Positions 40,503 through 52,750 are shown, numbered from the stretch's first letter. The stretch is DNA of 64,000 nt from Octopus vulgaris (GCA_951406725.2 OX597830.1:682001-746000); one strand, 5' to 3'. A program made the numbers and translations. Notes: a model not told the origin generated them from the letters alone.

Positions 40503-41400
40503 CTGTTTGTGTTGGTGGGTAAAACAATGCGTAAAACGTCTATACAATCGCTATGTCTCCCGCAAATAGTAGAGTAAGCCTTTTTTAATACTACCACTGA
40601 GAAGTATTTGACATGTTTGTTTTAAATTCTTGTTGATTACAAAAGAAAAAGGTCTTGTTTATTTGGATCTCGGTGTTTGAAAAGCCTTCACTGAAGGCTT
40701 TTCTGTGCCGTTTTTAAAATAGTTATCAACACAAATAAAACCATTACATCTTTCTGATTTTAACTTCTGCACATCTCTCAGATGTTATATCATTCTAGTT
40801 TTTACTCTTCACTTCACACGGCAGTTATGAATGCCCAATTCCCTCAAATCACACTTTAAATAAACTTTCTAATTTGATGGCAAAGCAATTTACTTTTAGT
40901 AATCATAAAAAAGTTCATATTTATAATCTACAGCATTTTGTAATTTTCATTTTCTTTGCTAAATTTAACGAGCTTTTCCCCCTCCAGGAAGTGCAATTTA
41001 AAATTTCATAAACTAACTTAGTTATGTATTTCACTTCGTATATATATTGGCAACTTTTATGGAGCTTCTAATGTCGTTAAATATAAAAAAGAAACCTGCT
41101 TTAATGATGTTATGGTTGAAGAACATTAAAACACAGAAAAATCTTTCAATGCCAAACCTTTTACTAAAATCTAATTCAAAAATACTTGGGCTGTAACTTC
41201 GAAAAATTTTTAACTTAACATTTTGTAATTTTTCATTGAAGCTTCTGATTGGCAAGAGAGATTTTATTTTAAGAATTTAGGTTCACTGTGACATTTTCCA
41301 TTATATATTCTGTGGTATATTTATATATAATTTCATTATACAATGTATAATATACATTCTTAAATGTACGCACGCATATATTCGTACACTGTTACACATC

Positions 41401-41457
<57 letters not shown>

Positions 41458-41483
41458 ATATGTATATATGCATGTATACAGCT

Positions 41484-41690
41484 TTTTATTCTCTTACTTG
41501 ATTCAGTCTTTTTGACTGTGGTCATTCTGGAGCGCCGCCTTGAAAGATTTTAGTCGCACAAATCGACCCCAGGACTTATTTTCCTAGCACTTATTCTATC
41601 GGTTTTTGTTCGAACTGCTAGGTTACGAGGACATAAACACACCAGTACCGGTTGTCAAACAGTGGTGCGGAGACAAAGACACAAAGAAAG
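41484..41690 (-). mobile_element. 3' half of a tRNA/CORE SINE split by a PLE
   Basis: Matches the reverse complement of about 19020-19220. Confidence 0.85.
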
Positions 41691-41698
41691 ATCCCCTC

Positions 41699-41727
<29 letters not shown>

Positions 41728-41729
<2 letters not shown>

Positions 41730-42168
41730 CTGCCCTGATAAAACCACCTGCCCCCTCAACAACAACTGCCTACAGAGGGACCTAGTATATACATGTGAGG
41801 TAAGATCAGACCCTGACGATAACAGAAAATCCTACATCGGAATGACGTCAAACAGCTTTAAGACCCGTTGGTACGCACACACACACTCGTTCCGGCGACC
41901 GGATAAATCCAACCAAACTACCCTCGCCACCCACATCTGGTACCTTAAAAGGAACTCCATCCCCTTCAAGACCAAGTGGAAACTACTACAGAAGGCGCGT
42001 TCGTACACAGGAGGCCATACCTGCTGTGACCTTTGCATTTCGGAGAGCCTAGAGATCTTGTTCGCCAAAGGCCCTCTCCTTAACAAGATCTCAGAACACT
42101 CCCCAAATTGCATGCATAAGAATTATGCAAACTACAAGAACTATAGACCTACCCGGCAACCAGATTGA
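41728..42168 (+). pseudogene. GIY-YIG endonuclease domain of a 5'-truncated PLE (Hydra-clade-like)
   Basis: Open frame CPLNNNC...LVY...YIGMT..FKTRWYAH.HSF..T.LA.HIW.LK..W..C.LC..E..LN..SE..C.H; starts directly after (TA)n. Confidence 0.9.
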
Positions 42169-42370
42169 TGACACCCCACCCACAAACCCCCCAATCCCAC
42201 CGTTCCCCTAGCACCCCCGACTACCTTTTCTCCTAAGACCTTTCACATATTGTATGTGCACGCTTGTATATGTGTATCGTATATATGTATAGAAATGTAT
42301 GGGTATAGTAGGAATATACGCATGTATTATGTGTGTGTGTGTATGTATGTAAAAAAAAAATATATATGTA

Positions 42371-42402
<32 letters not shown>

Positions 42403-42488
42403 TATATGTATATATGTGTGTATGCATATGTATGTGTATATGTATGTGTGTATGTATGTGTATGTATATATAAAATATTATATAATTA

Positions 42489-42683
42489 GGGCTTAGTAAA
42501 ATAAATTACTTTGCCACATACTGAACTTTCTAGAAATAGCAGCCAAATACGTTTTTTAGCCTTTTCCACTACTTAAAGAATATTTTCTCTCAGACAATGT
42601 TTACTCAAAAAAATAATGGTCCTTTTACATACTGAATACTTGGTGAAATTGATTAATAACTAATTAACTTTACCCTCAATTGT

Positions 42684-42686
<3 letters not shown>
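42489..42686. mobile_element. Hammerhead-less (TA)n-inserted repeat terminus, same family as 28-248
   Basis: Two ATACTGAA boxes; ends taccctcaattgttga then (TA)n. Confidence 0.7.
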
Positions 42687-42749
<63 letters not shown>

Positions 42750-42828
42750 ATATGTATGTGTATGTGTGTGTGTGTGTGTATATATATATGTATATATGTG
42801 TGCGTGTGTATATATATATATTTATTTA

Positions 42829-42861
<33 letters not shown>

Positions 42862-43045
42862 GTGTATATGTATGTGTATGTGTATATATATATATATATA
42901 TATGAGTGTACGCGAGTATGTCGATGTATATGTAGGTATGTAGAGTTATGTGTATGTGCATGTATGTGTGTGTATATACAGATTGTAGATGGGTATATAT
43001 ATGTGTGTGTATATATACATATATATATGTATATATATGTGTGTG

Positions 43046-43079
<34 letters not shown>

Positions 43080-43386
43080 TATGTATATGTGGGTATGTAG
43101 AGTTATACGTATGTGCATGTGTATATGTATATGTATATGTATATGCATGTGTATGTGTATGTATGTACATATATATGTGTGTGTGTGTGTATGTGTAGGT
43201 GTGGGTATATATATATGTGTGTGTGTGTATGTATGTGTATATATATATATATATATATATGTGTGTATATGTATATATATATGTATATATATATATATAT
43301 GTGAATATGTGTGTGTATGTGTACATATGTGTATGTGTGTATTTATATGTGTGTATATATATGTATATATATATATATTTATATGT

Positions 43387-43430
<44 letters not shown>

Positions 43431-43581
43431 AAGTGTGTGTATATATGTATATGTAAGTGTGTGAGTGTGTATGAGTATGTATGTATGTTTGCACACATGT
43501 ATATGTGTATGTGCGTGTATGTGTATATGTGTATGTATGTGTGTGTGTGTATATATCTATATGTATGTATGTATATGTATG

Positions 43582-43630
<49 letters not shown>

Positions 43631-43711
43631 ATGTATACGTGTGGGTGTGTGTATGTGTGTATATATGTATGTATGTATGGGTGTATGTATGTATGTATGT
43701 ATGCGGATATG

Positions 43712-43758
<47 letters not shown>

Positions 43759-44434
43759 ATGTGTATGTATATGTGTGTGTATATATATGTATGTATGTAT
43801 TTGTATGTAGGTGTATATGTATGTGTGTATATATATTTATTGGTGTATATGTATAGACTAGTCTTCTAAGATTGTAGACATGAATCTGTAGGTACTCGTA
43901 CGTATGTGTATATACGTGTATGTATGTAGATGTCTGTATGTATGAATATAACGCGTGCGTGCGTGTATGTGTATGAGTGTACGAATGAGTGAGTGTGCGT
44001 GCTAATGAGTGTGCGTGCGTGAGTGAGTGCTTGTGCTCAAGTAGAAAGATAAAAGGGACTAGCTGTCGTAGCCAAGATGCTTGTGACCAGCGGTCAAAGA
44101 TAACAAAAGTAATAAATGAAGATAATAAAATTAAAATTAGGGAATGGGTTTGTATTTGTATGTATATATGTGTGTATGTGTAGGTATGAATAGGTACACA
44201 TATGTATGTATACATATACATATATATATGTATATATACATATATGTGTATATGTATATATGAGTATATAGGGACTTGTGTGTTGTGTGTGCATGTGTGT
44301 ATGTGGATATATGTGTGTGTATGTGTGTATGTGTATGTGTGTGTATGTATATATTTTTTGTGTATATGTGTATGTGTGGTCGTGTGTGTGTATATATACA
44401 TGTGTGTGTGTATATGTATATGCATGTATATGTG

Positions 44435-44472
<38 letters not shown>

Positions 44473-44590
44473 GATATATGTATGTAATATGTATGTGTGT
44501 ATATATATATATATATATGGGTGTGTGTGTATGTATGTGAGTATGTATATGTGTGTGTGTGTGTATATATGTATACATATGTGTATAGGT
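42687..44590. repeat. About 1.9-kb compound (TA)/(TG)/(TATG) low-complexity expansion
   Basis: Direct reading. Confidence 0.95.
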
Positions 44591-44816
44591 ATAAGTGAGA
44601 TTTTCCTTATTTACCTAAAACTCTATTCTTCTATATATTTTTTTATTCTCCTTTTTTTATTCTTTTATTTATTCTTCTATCTAATTTACCACTGACTCCT
44701 TGACCACTCCCCCAAGTATGATTTTTTTGCGCTATGCCTACCCCCAAAAAGTCCCCCCACCACCACCCCTTTAAACCTGCCTAAATGTATAAATGCCAAT
44801 ACAATTCTTGTTAACT

Positions 44817-44867
44817 AGCTTCCTGAAGATTTCTCTTGAATGAAACAGTTCTAGTCCTGTAGAAGCT
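44817..44867 (+). ncRNA. Type I hammerhead motif, probable 3' pseudo-LTR of the 41728 PLE
   Basis: agcttc-CTGAAGA-t[ttc tctt gaa]t-GAAA-cag ttctagtc ctg-TA-gaagct, then aataaa and (TA)n. Confidence 0.85.
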
Positions 44868-44881
44868 CCTTCTATATAATA

Positions 44882-44926
<45 letters not shown>

Positions 44927-44929
<3 letters not shown>

Positions 44930-45090
44930 CGGGTTTCTTTCAGTTTGCGTCAACCAAATCCACTTGCAAGGCTTTGGTTGGCCCGTGGTTATCGTAAAAG
45001 ACACTTGCCCAATGTGCCGTGCAGTGAAACTGGACCTACAACCATGCGGTTGGGAAGAAGCTTATTACCAAACCACCACATCTGCACCTA
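44927..45090 (-). mobile_element. 5' half of the split tRNA/CORE SINE
   Basis: Matches the reverse complement of about 18821-18982. Confidence 0.85.
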
Positions 45091-45102
45091 TATATATATA
45101 TA

Positions 45103-45352
45103 GGGTCCGGCAGTGGGTGGTGGCGAACCCTGTGTATTGTTTCACCACAACTTTCCCTCACTCTTTCTTCATGTTTCTGCTGTACCTGTGTTTTCAAAGG
45201 GCCGGCCTTGGCACATGATCTCCCCGAGAATTACGTTAATGGTACACACGCCTGTGGAGTGCTCAGCCACTTGCACGTTAATTTCACGAGCAGGCTGTTT
45301 CGTTGATCGGCTCAACTGCAACCCTCGTCGTCGTGACCGGAGTGAGTACGGC
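45103..45352 (+). mobile_element. SINE central/3' domain fragment
   Basis: aaagggccggccttg..gagtgctcagccacttgcacgttaatttcacgagcaggctg..ccctcgtcgtcgt; its end is related to 30675-30710 on the minus strand. Confidence 0.65.
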
Positions 45353-45365
45353 ATACACACATATG

Positions 45366-45399
<34 letters not shown>

Positions 45400-46129
45400 T
45401 GAATACATATATATATATACATACATATGTATATATATATGTGTGTGTGTGTCTATATATGTATACAAACGCACATACACACTCACACAAACACGCACAT
45501 TCACACATACATATTTATTTCACCGGCAATTATATAGAAAGAGTTTAATGATACACGTAAAGGTTAGCTTCTGTAAATGTTATTCAGTCGTAGAAGGAGA
45601 GGACAGAACATATGAATCTCCTTTCTTTTGTGCAGTCGTTGTTTGCTGTCCATTCTGAGTGTAAATATTTCCTCGTTTGTCACCAAGCTGTGCAGGTGGA
45701 ATTTCATTCTAAAATGTAATGTTCTTTGAAGATAATTCATCAAATACTTAGTTGAAAATTATTGCACTGAAGCTGAAATGAGTCGAAAAGGCACAATTGG
45801 GCTAGAATTCGCTGCGTCTGCTAGACAACTTGCTTATCCAGTGGAGACGCTGTTGTAGAATTGACACAAAGTATAACGGGAGTTTCAAAACCGATTATAG
45901 TCACGTGTTGCAAGGATGCTGGATAAAATCTTTTAGCTGCAAACTTGAATATGCCAGCATTATTTGTTTATATTTTATATTTCGTTTTAAAGATGACAAT
46001 CACCTCTTTAGAAACATTATTTGACATCTACACGAACATCTTGTCTTGGAGTCGTATCTGAATCAATGTTATAGACCTGAGGTCACCGTGAAAGATCGTG
46101 AGATGCTATAGTTCTATATTTACTTTATC

Positions 46130-46405
46130 TAACCACTATGCCATAAGACCTCGAGCATATGGCGTAGTGGTTAAGAGTGCGGGCTACTAACCCCAAGATT
46201 CCGAGTTCGATTCTAGGTAGCGACCTGATTAATAATAATAATAATAATAACAACAACAACAACCTCAAAAAATACCTGAGGAATGAGAACCCAGGTTCGA
46301 AATTTCCACAAGACACCTGAAGAAGGCTGGAGGGTATATCAGCCGAAACGTTGTGTTAACAACAAACAAGACGAGGACAAATATCCGTCGAATGTAAATA
46401 ATGTA
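46130..46405 (+). mobile_element. tRNA-headed SINE with hammerhead-bearing PLE-like tail and short 5' inverted duplication
   Basis: A box TGGCGTAGTGG 46160-46170; B box GAGTTCGATTC 46203-46213; (AAT)/(AAC) linker; hammerhead; 46130-46145 is an inverted copy of 46158-46173. Confidence 0.8.
46312..46357 (+). ncRNA. Minimal type I hammerhead motif
   Basis: gacac-CTGAAGA-a[ggctg..cagcc]-GAAA-cg-TT-gtgtt. Confidence 0.85.
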
Positions 46406-46657
46406 TCGTGAGGTGTGTAGACAGATTTTGAAGCATTTCCGTTCAATATGTACTGCTAGAAAATCGGAACGATTTAAAGAAATAAAGCAGTATGATTAAT
46501 TACTCTTGGATGCCACTGACATGAAAGCAATAGTTTGATTATTATTGAGAAGTTTAAAGTGGTCGCAATACGGTTAAACGATGCAATTGCAATAAATTAT
46601 ACAAAGAGAAAAGTGTAATATATTGTGTACTTGATTTCTGCAATGAGAGGAAACAAC

Positions 46658-46694
46658 CACGTATGTTTCACTCTTATTAGACCTCATCAGTAAA
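46658..46694 (-). ncRNA. Decayed hammerhead motif
   Basis: CTGATGA-gg[tct aata aga]gt-GAAA-catacg-TG; helix I and cleavage base lost. Confidence 0.4.
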
Positions 46695-48298
46695 GCATAT
46701 GTCACCGGAATGATCAATAGAAAGTAATATTCCCTCATCGATATTCCGACTGAAATTTGTTGTTCTCTTCGAAAAAATAATACGATTGTGTGTGTCGTGT
46801 GGAGATTTCATGTGTTTGTGTGTGTTTGTGTATGTGTGTGTAGGTGTGAAAAGAGAGAGGGAGTGAGAGAGAGAACTAAAGAGAAAGGGAGAGAGAGCGA
46901 AAGAAAAAGAGAGGGGTGGAGAAAATTGACTGGAAAATAATTTTTATTTGGAAGAGGTAATATGTTGGGCGTGTAATTCAACGTTGAGGCACTTAGCAGT
47001 TGAATGTGCGCTGTGCAGGCGGAATGACTTGGCATACGTTGAGATGATGCCGGATTAGAATTCAGTGCATTTACATTTACTAGAGTTAATATTTGGTAAC
47101 TGGTGTATGTAGCATAGAAATGAACGTGTCAGTGATAGTTATATAATGTTTATGTAGTCCCGTATATAAGGGGCAGTAAATACAATACGTTTAGCGCAAG
47201 GATTGCTTTCTGAATAACCTTAGATTTATAAGAACACGTAGAGAGATTCAACAAATTCAGTTACGTGAACAACCTCGGATGAAAGAGCTGTGAAGTTTTG
47301 TGCTAAAGCTAATCACCATAGACTTTAAGGAGTAGAAAACCCATGCAGAGTGTTAAACGATTCAGAAACAGAGTTTATTGAGAGATACACCTCTGTGCAG
47401 TGGAGTAGACATTCTAGTATCAAGATAGAGTTTTAGTTTGGGGTTGGGGAGAAGAAATCAGTTCGATAAAAGTATATGTTTCAAAAAATGAAGGATAGTC
47501 ATAGGTTCCACTTTTTGCTATCCTGTGGAAGGCAGTTGATTAGCGAAAAAGTGTAGCCGTTGCCTTGTAGAACAAAAACTGTAAACGATCAGTGAAAAGT
47601 TATCGTCTGTTACTCTTGCCTTTCCTTTCGATGCTTGGTTTCATGTCTTTCCAAAAGAAAGAGTGACAGTGTATAAAGACTGCCGGTAGACATACTATTT
47701 ATGATATTAATAGAATAATCCTAAATGTATCAAAATTAATTATCCACGCCATTATATCGGCAATAATTTATATTAATCTTGCATAATTATCTCATCACTA
47801 AAAGCTGTAATGTACTGAAAGGGAAAAATAATTCAGTTAGTATGATTGCATAATATTGTCATAAACGTTGATACTTTGATATCATTTATATCTGAATCAT
47901 ATCAGGCCTGTCACATGTACATACTTTCACACTCTATTATCAGATAATTTTCTTTTTTCCTAAATTTTTACATAATCTTCAATCTTTGTCTCTGCATTAT
48001 TCTCTGCAACTGTATCACATCTTATTTTTAAAACTTGATTGTTACTCTCCAACATACCTGCCAATAACTTTCTTTTCTTTATAATACATAAATTTGCATA
48101 TTGACTTCCAAATTATTCTTATTTGTGGTAACCCCCAAAATCTCAAAACTACCAATAAAATTTTATGTGTGTATGTGTGTGTGTGTTTGTGTGCGTATGT
48201 GTGCCTATGCATGCTTGTGTTTGTGTGCATGCTTATCTGTGTGTGCGGGTCTTGTTTCTATACACAAACCATATCCCCGACTCGCTTTTCTCTCTCCC

Positions 48299-48366
<68 letters not shown>

Positions 48367-48369
<3 letters not shown>

Positions 48370-48520
48370 CTACATATGTGGGAAATTCTGTCTGTGGATG
48401 TGTTTGTGGAGTTGTTCGCTAACTCCTGCATCGTTTTATAGATTTTGATGAAACTTGACACGTGAATAGAACTCATGTCTAGAAACCTCATGGCATTCTC
48501 AGATTGTTGAAATAAATCTA
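48367..48520 (+). mobile_element. Possible non-autonomous Helitron/Helentron (DINE-like) 5' part
   Basis: tctgtctgtggatgtgtttgt followed by gattttgatgaaactt motif. Confidence 0.3.
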
Positions 48521-49182
48521 TAATAGTGCCCCTGGAAGGAATCCTTATATATATCTGATATATTTTATTTTAATATCCAAGGGAAATAACCCATTTATTT
48601 TCCTAAATTATTTGGTAAAAATGAAATTGAGTATGCCTATTTCTTAGTATTTGAACTATTTGAGTTATTTTCGAAATTTATGTAGTACAACCCCTAAACA
48701 AGTACATATTGGTTTCCTAAACAATCAATCCACTTATTTCGGTTAGTGATTATTCACAAATATACCAACACTAGCACCCTTGAGGGTAATATTCTTTGGA
48801 AACACACAAAAGACCTTTTCAGAGTTATTTACTTTGAATTGTTATTATCTCATATCTGATTAGCTTGTTATTACGTAACATGCTTCATGATTTTAGTATA
48901 GATACCTTATTACTATTTCCTCCTATGTTCTATAGACTCTGGGAACGCATTAAAGCCCTTTTCGGGGCTACTTTATTTGAATTATTACTATCGGGTAACT
49001 AATTGCATATTATTACATAACTGACTTCACAATTTGGGTATTCATAACATATTGGGAATTCCTAAAAGCAAGATCCTGTGTAAGAGAGTTCGGTATTCTC
49101 TGTAAATTCACAAAAACCGTTTTAAGGGCAACATACTTTGTATTTTTGTTGTTGGATTGGCGAAACAATTACGAGAACGGAA

Positions 49183-49229
<47 letters not shown>

Positions 49230-49233
<4 letters not shown>

Positions 49234-49860
49234 CAAAATAAGAAAATGGAGAAATACAGCTTAATCAATAATCAACTACCAGATAATAGCCATTCACATA
49301 ATTTATTAACCAACTACGTATGAACATCAAGGACAAACATAATAGTACAGAATAGTACAGAACAAAACAGTGCACATCAATGAGTAATATGATACAATAA
49401 GTACAATATGTATAAATAAATATAAATAAATATAAATATAAACTATATCTTACAGCTGTTTCAGCCATGTAGATATGAGTATCTCATTATTCTCATATTA
49501 GCCAGGTGTGTTAAGTTAATATGTGGTTATAAATGAGACACTTACAAATATATCCCAAGGCCTCTTCAGAGATTATAAAGTACAATCTAAATATGAATAT
49601 CAGAGAAGGTACACCCATACAAGAATGAATACATATACATAATATATAATATACACATACATATAAGTGTATATACATATGCACCTAACTATATATACGC
49701 ATATACATAATAATATATAATAATATATATACATATATATAAGGTTACAGTTAGTCAAATCAATATATTAGAATATTACAATATACAAACATACACATAT
49801 CCATATGCAAATGTACATATACAAAGTCAAGAGTTCATTATAATAAGTTACAAAATGCCC
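49230..49860 (-). mobile_element. PLE pseudo-LTR fragment ending in (TA)n
   Basis: Contains the hammerhead below; abuts (TA)n 49187-49229. Confidence 0.65.
49447..49573 (-). ncRNA. Type I hammerhead motif with about 100-nt helix II domain
   Basis: atct-CTGAAGA-ggcc...ggct-GAAA-cagctg-TA-agat. Confidence 0.8.
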
Positions 49861-49864
49861 TTAA

Positions 49865-51010
49865 TATTATTATTATTTTATTATTTTTATTATTATGTTT
49901 TTTTCTTCTTTCAAATTTGCTTCCATTTCTTGCCGAGTGTCTCCCGACTCCTAGGGCAAAGAAACTCGTAGTATACATTGGTAGGCCATTAAACTAAACT
50001 CAATAGTTCGTTCATTTTTTTTTTTTTAGTTAAATTAAAGTACATGGGTAATAATGCTCTTCTCAATACGTGTGATGTACCAGTTAAGACAATCTTTTGC
50101 ACTTCTTGCAGGGATGGTAAGCCAGGGATCACTCTCATATAATTTTCGGTTCCCTTCTTGATCATTCTTAGTGCTCCTACGATCACTGGTATTGTAACCG
50201 CCTTGAGATGCCACATTTTCTCAATTTCAATGAGTAGGTCTTTATATTTTCTGAGCTTGTCAAACTCTTTCGCCGAGATATTATGATCACAGGGGATGCT
50301 CATATCGATCAATAAGCAAACTTTATTGTTTTGGTCTTTCACAACAATATCTGGTTTATTGGCTTTGATGGTTCGGTCTGTATGTACTGGAAAGTCCCAC
50401 AGAATCGTTACACTTTCTCCTTCAGTTACACCTTCAGGATGGTGATTATACCACTTGGCGGCAGTTTTGATATTGTAATGCCGACTTATTAGCCAGTGGA
50501 GATATTGGCCAACTCTGTCATGTCTTAGATTTATACATCCAGAGATTAGGTGTTCCACTGTTTCAATCATGTCATTGCAGAATCTTCATTTTGGGTCTGC
50601 TCCATTTTTCATTACATTGGCATGGTAGTTCCGGGTTAATAGGCTTTGATCTTGAGCAGCCAGGATGAAACCTTCACTCTCTGCTTTTAGCCCTGAGCTC
50701 CGTAGCCACTGATGGGTTTGCTTCTGGTCAACATCAGCTTGTTTGCTGCGGGCCACATATTTGCCGTGCAGAGGTTTCTCCTCCCACCAGCCAATTGCTA
50801 GTGCGCTTTTTCGTTGCCATTATTTTCACCTTCTTTGCAGCAATAGTTGCCGTACTTCCCTCGGGTTGTTCAGTTTGGTTATCCTGCACGAGATCAATAG
50901 CAAATTTTTTGCTTTCCTTTATTATAGAATGAAGCTTCTTTCGTCTCTCGTGATTTTCCACGAACTTTAGCATCCAGTCATTAGCTATTTGAAGATATTT
51001 GGCCAGTCCA
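49865..51010 (-). mobile_element. R4/Dong-like RLE LINE 3' part
   Basis: LHGKY...AAQDQ, decayed CCHC (ETVEHLISGC), RHD, KPDIVV..IDMSIP..K..KY, IPVIVGAL; (AAT)-rich tail. Confidence 0.92.
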
Positions 51011-51230
51011 AATTGAAGGCCTATTGCGCACTGTGAAAGCATTCAGTGATGACATTGGGATGGAGTTTGGGCTTGAGAAGTGTGCCAAGGCCACTTTTCA
51101 GAAAGGGAAAGTGGAGACCACAAATTTAGTCGTGTTAGATGTTGACACAGTCATAAGAGAGCTTGAGCAAGTACAAACCTACAAATATTTAGGGATAAAT
51201 GAAGGCTCTGGTATTCAGCATGCAAGCATG
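51009..51230 (+). pseudogene. Inverted RT segment of the same LINE type
   Basis: QIEGLLRTVKAFSDDIGMEFGLEKCA...YKYLGI on the opposite strand, abutting the LINE body. Confidence 0.88.
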
Positions 51231-51355
51231 TTTGTGAGTATATGTAAGTGTCTATATTATTGTGTGTACTTGTATATGTGTATAAGGTTATATGTGCATA
51301 TATGTATCTAAGACGTTGTATCCATTCACCATTAGAGGTGGTGAGAGAGAGACAA

Positions 51356-51394
<39 letters not shown>

Positions 51395-51884
51395 TATGCT
51401 CCAGTGAAGTGACTGTTATCAAAACTCTTATGTGTATGTTCCCCAAGATAACTGATCAGCTCTCCTTATCATTAATATTTATTTCTATTAACAGTAATGA
51501 CATATTGTACAGGGCTCTTTGATTTCAAAATTTCAATTCCTCATTAATTTATGCCATTAAATTCGTTAGCTTATGCATTCTAAATTTTCTTTAATGCCTA
51601 GAATCACATTAAATACACTAGTTTCCAATAATATTTTAATTGCATGAAATTCACCTTGTTTTTGCATTTTGTGTTATTTTGAATTTTAAAAAAATATTTT
51701 TAATTATTCATTAAAATACGATACAGGTAATGAAAATTTATTAATTTAAATATCTAAATTTTACAATATAATAGTTGCGTTTCACAACCCAGTTTGCTGC
51801 TGAGTTCATGGCATAATTTGAATTTTGGTAAAACTATTAGTGCATCGAATGGTTGTATACTGTCAATCTAACGTGAACGTGACA

Positions 51885-52415
51885 GTAGGGGGTTACATCA
51901 CCGCTGTTTAGCCCTAGGAAGCATCGACGCTTCTTGCTGGCTTCGACACAGTTTTCCTGTGTTCTTATATACATTTACGAAGGGAAGACAAACACCTCCA
52001 GCAGCCAGGCCTGCATCTAGAGACACGCATGTTTCAGGATCATTGTCCATCATCGGTCTGGAGTATATAAAAAATTTAAAGGACTGGCCAGTTAAAGTGG
52101 ACGGTCAATATGCTAGATATAGACGTCAAAATCGCTATTTTCCACGAAGAATGTGTTCTCAAGAAAAAAATAACTCAGCACAAAACCAAAGTGTAAAAAA
52201 TAAGCAAGACAAATGAAAATATATGAAATAATAACGAAATAATAGGTAATCGTTATTATTTCGTATATTTTCATTTGTCTTGCTTATTTTTTACACTTTG
52301 GTTTTGTGCTGAGTTATTTTTTTCTTGAGAACACATTCTTCGTGGAAAATAGCGATTTTGACGTCTATATCTAGCATATTGACCGTCCACTTTAACTGGC
52401 CAGTCCTTTAAATTT

Positions 52416-52416
<1 letters not shown>
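51885..52416. mobile_element. PLE pseudo-LTR fragment with 167-bp fold-back ending in (TA)n
   Basis: Arms 52071-52237 / 52250-52416 with 12-nt spacer; hammerhead adjacent. Confidence 0.85.
52016..52062 (-). ncRNA. Variant hammerhead motif (CCGATGA core)
   Basis: tccaga-CCGATGA-t[gga caatga tcc]t-GAAA-catgcgtg-TC-tctaga. Confidence 0.75.
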
Positions 52417-52477
<61 letters not shown>

Positions 52478-52532
52478 CATATATATAAATATATATATAT
52501 AGATATGTATCTTTGTATATATATATGCGAAT

Positions 52533-52750
52533 GGGGGAGCTTGGCTTAGTGATTACGTTGTTGCACTCGTGAAATAAGATTGTGCTTTCAATTCCTGGAC
52601 CGAGTGATGCGTTGTGTTCTTAAACGAAAGCTTTCATTTCACGTTGCTGAAGTCCATTTAGCTGGTTAACATTAGCAATCCTAAGAAGGGCCGGTGTCCC
52701 GTCGAAGAGCAGGGGAATATATACGTCACAGACCCGAGTGACCGGCCTTA
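52533..52750 (+). mobile_element. tRNA/CORE SINE (family of 30675-30945), diverged
   Basis: tggcttagtg A box; gtgttcttaaacgaaagctttcatttcacgttgctg. Confidence 0.75.

Noticed and set aside
41662-42168. Stand-alone GIY-YIG nuclease gene
   Set aside because: The N-terminus is SINE plus (TA)n; it is a 5'-truncated PLE.
42653-44695. Long ORFs (up to 399 aa) rich in IY/HT/CV
   Set aside because: Translations of (TA)/(TG)/(CA) repeats; the same applies to most ORFs in the track.
46153-46225. Functional tRNA gene
   Set aside because: The acceptor stem does not pair and there is no T-run terminator; it is a SINE head.
46276-46306. Second hammerhead core CTGAGGA..gaac/gttc..GAAA in the SINE
   Set aside because: No helix I or III, and four extra bases precede helix II.
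51959-52480. Convergent duplicated genes
   Set aside because: Artefact of the fold-back repeat.
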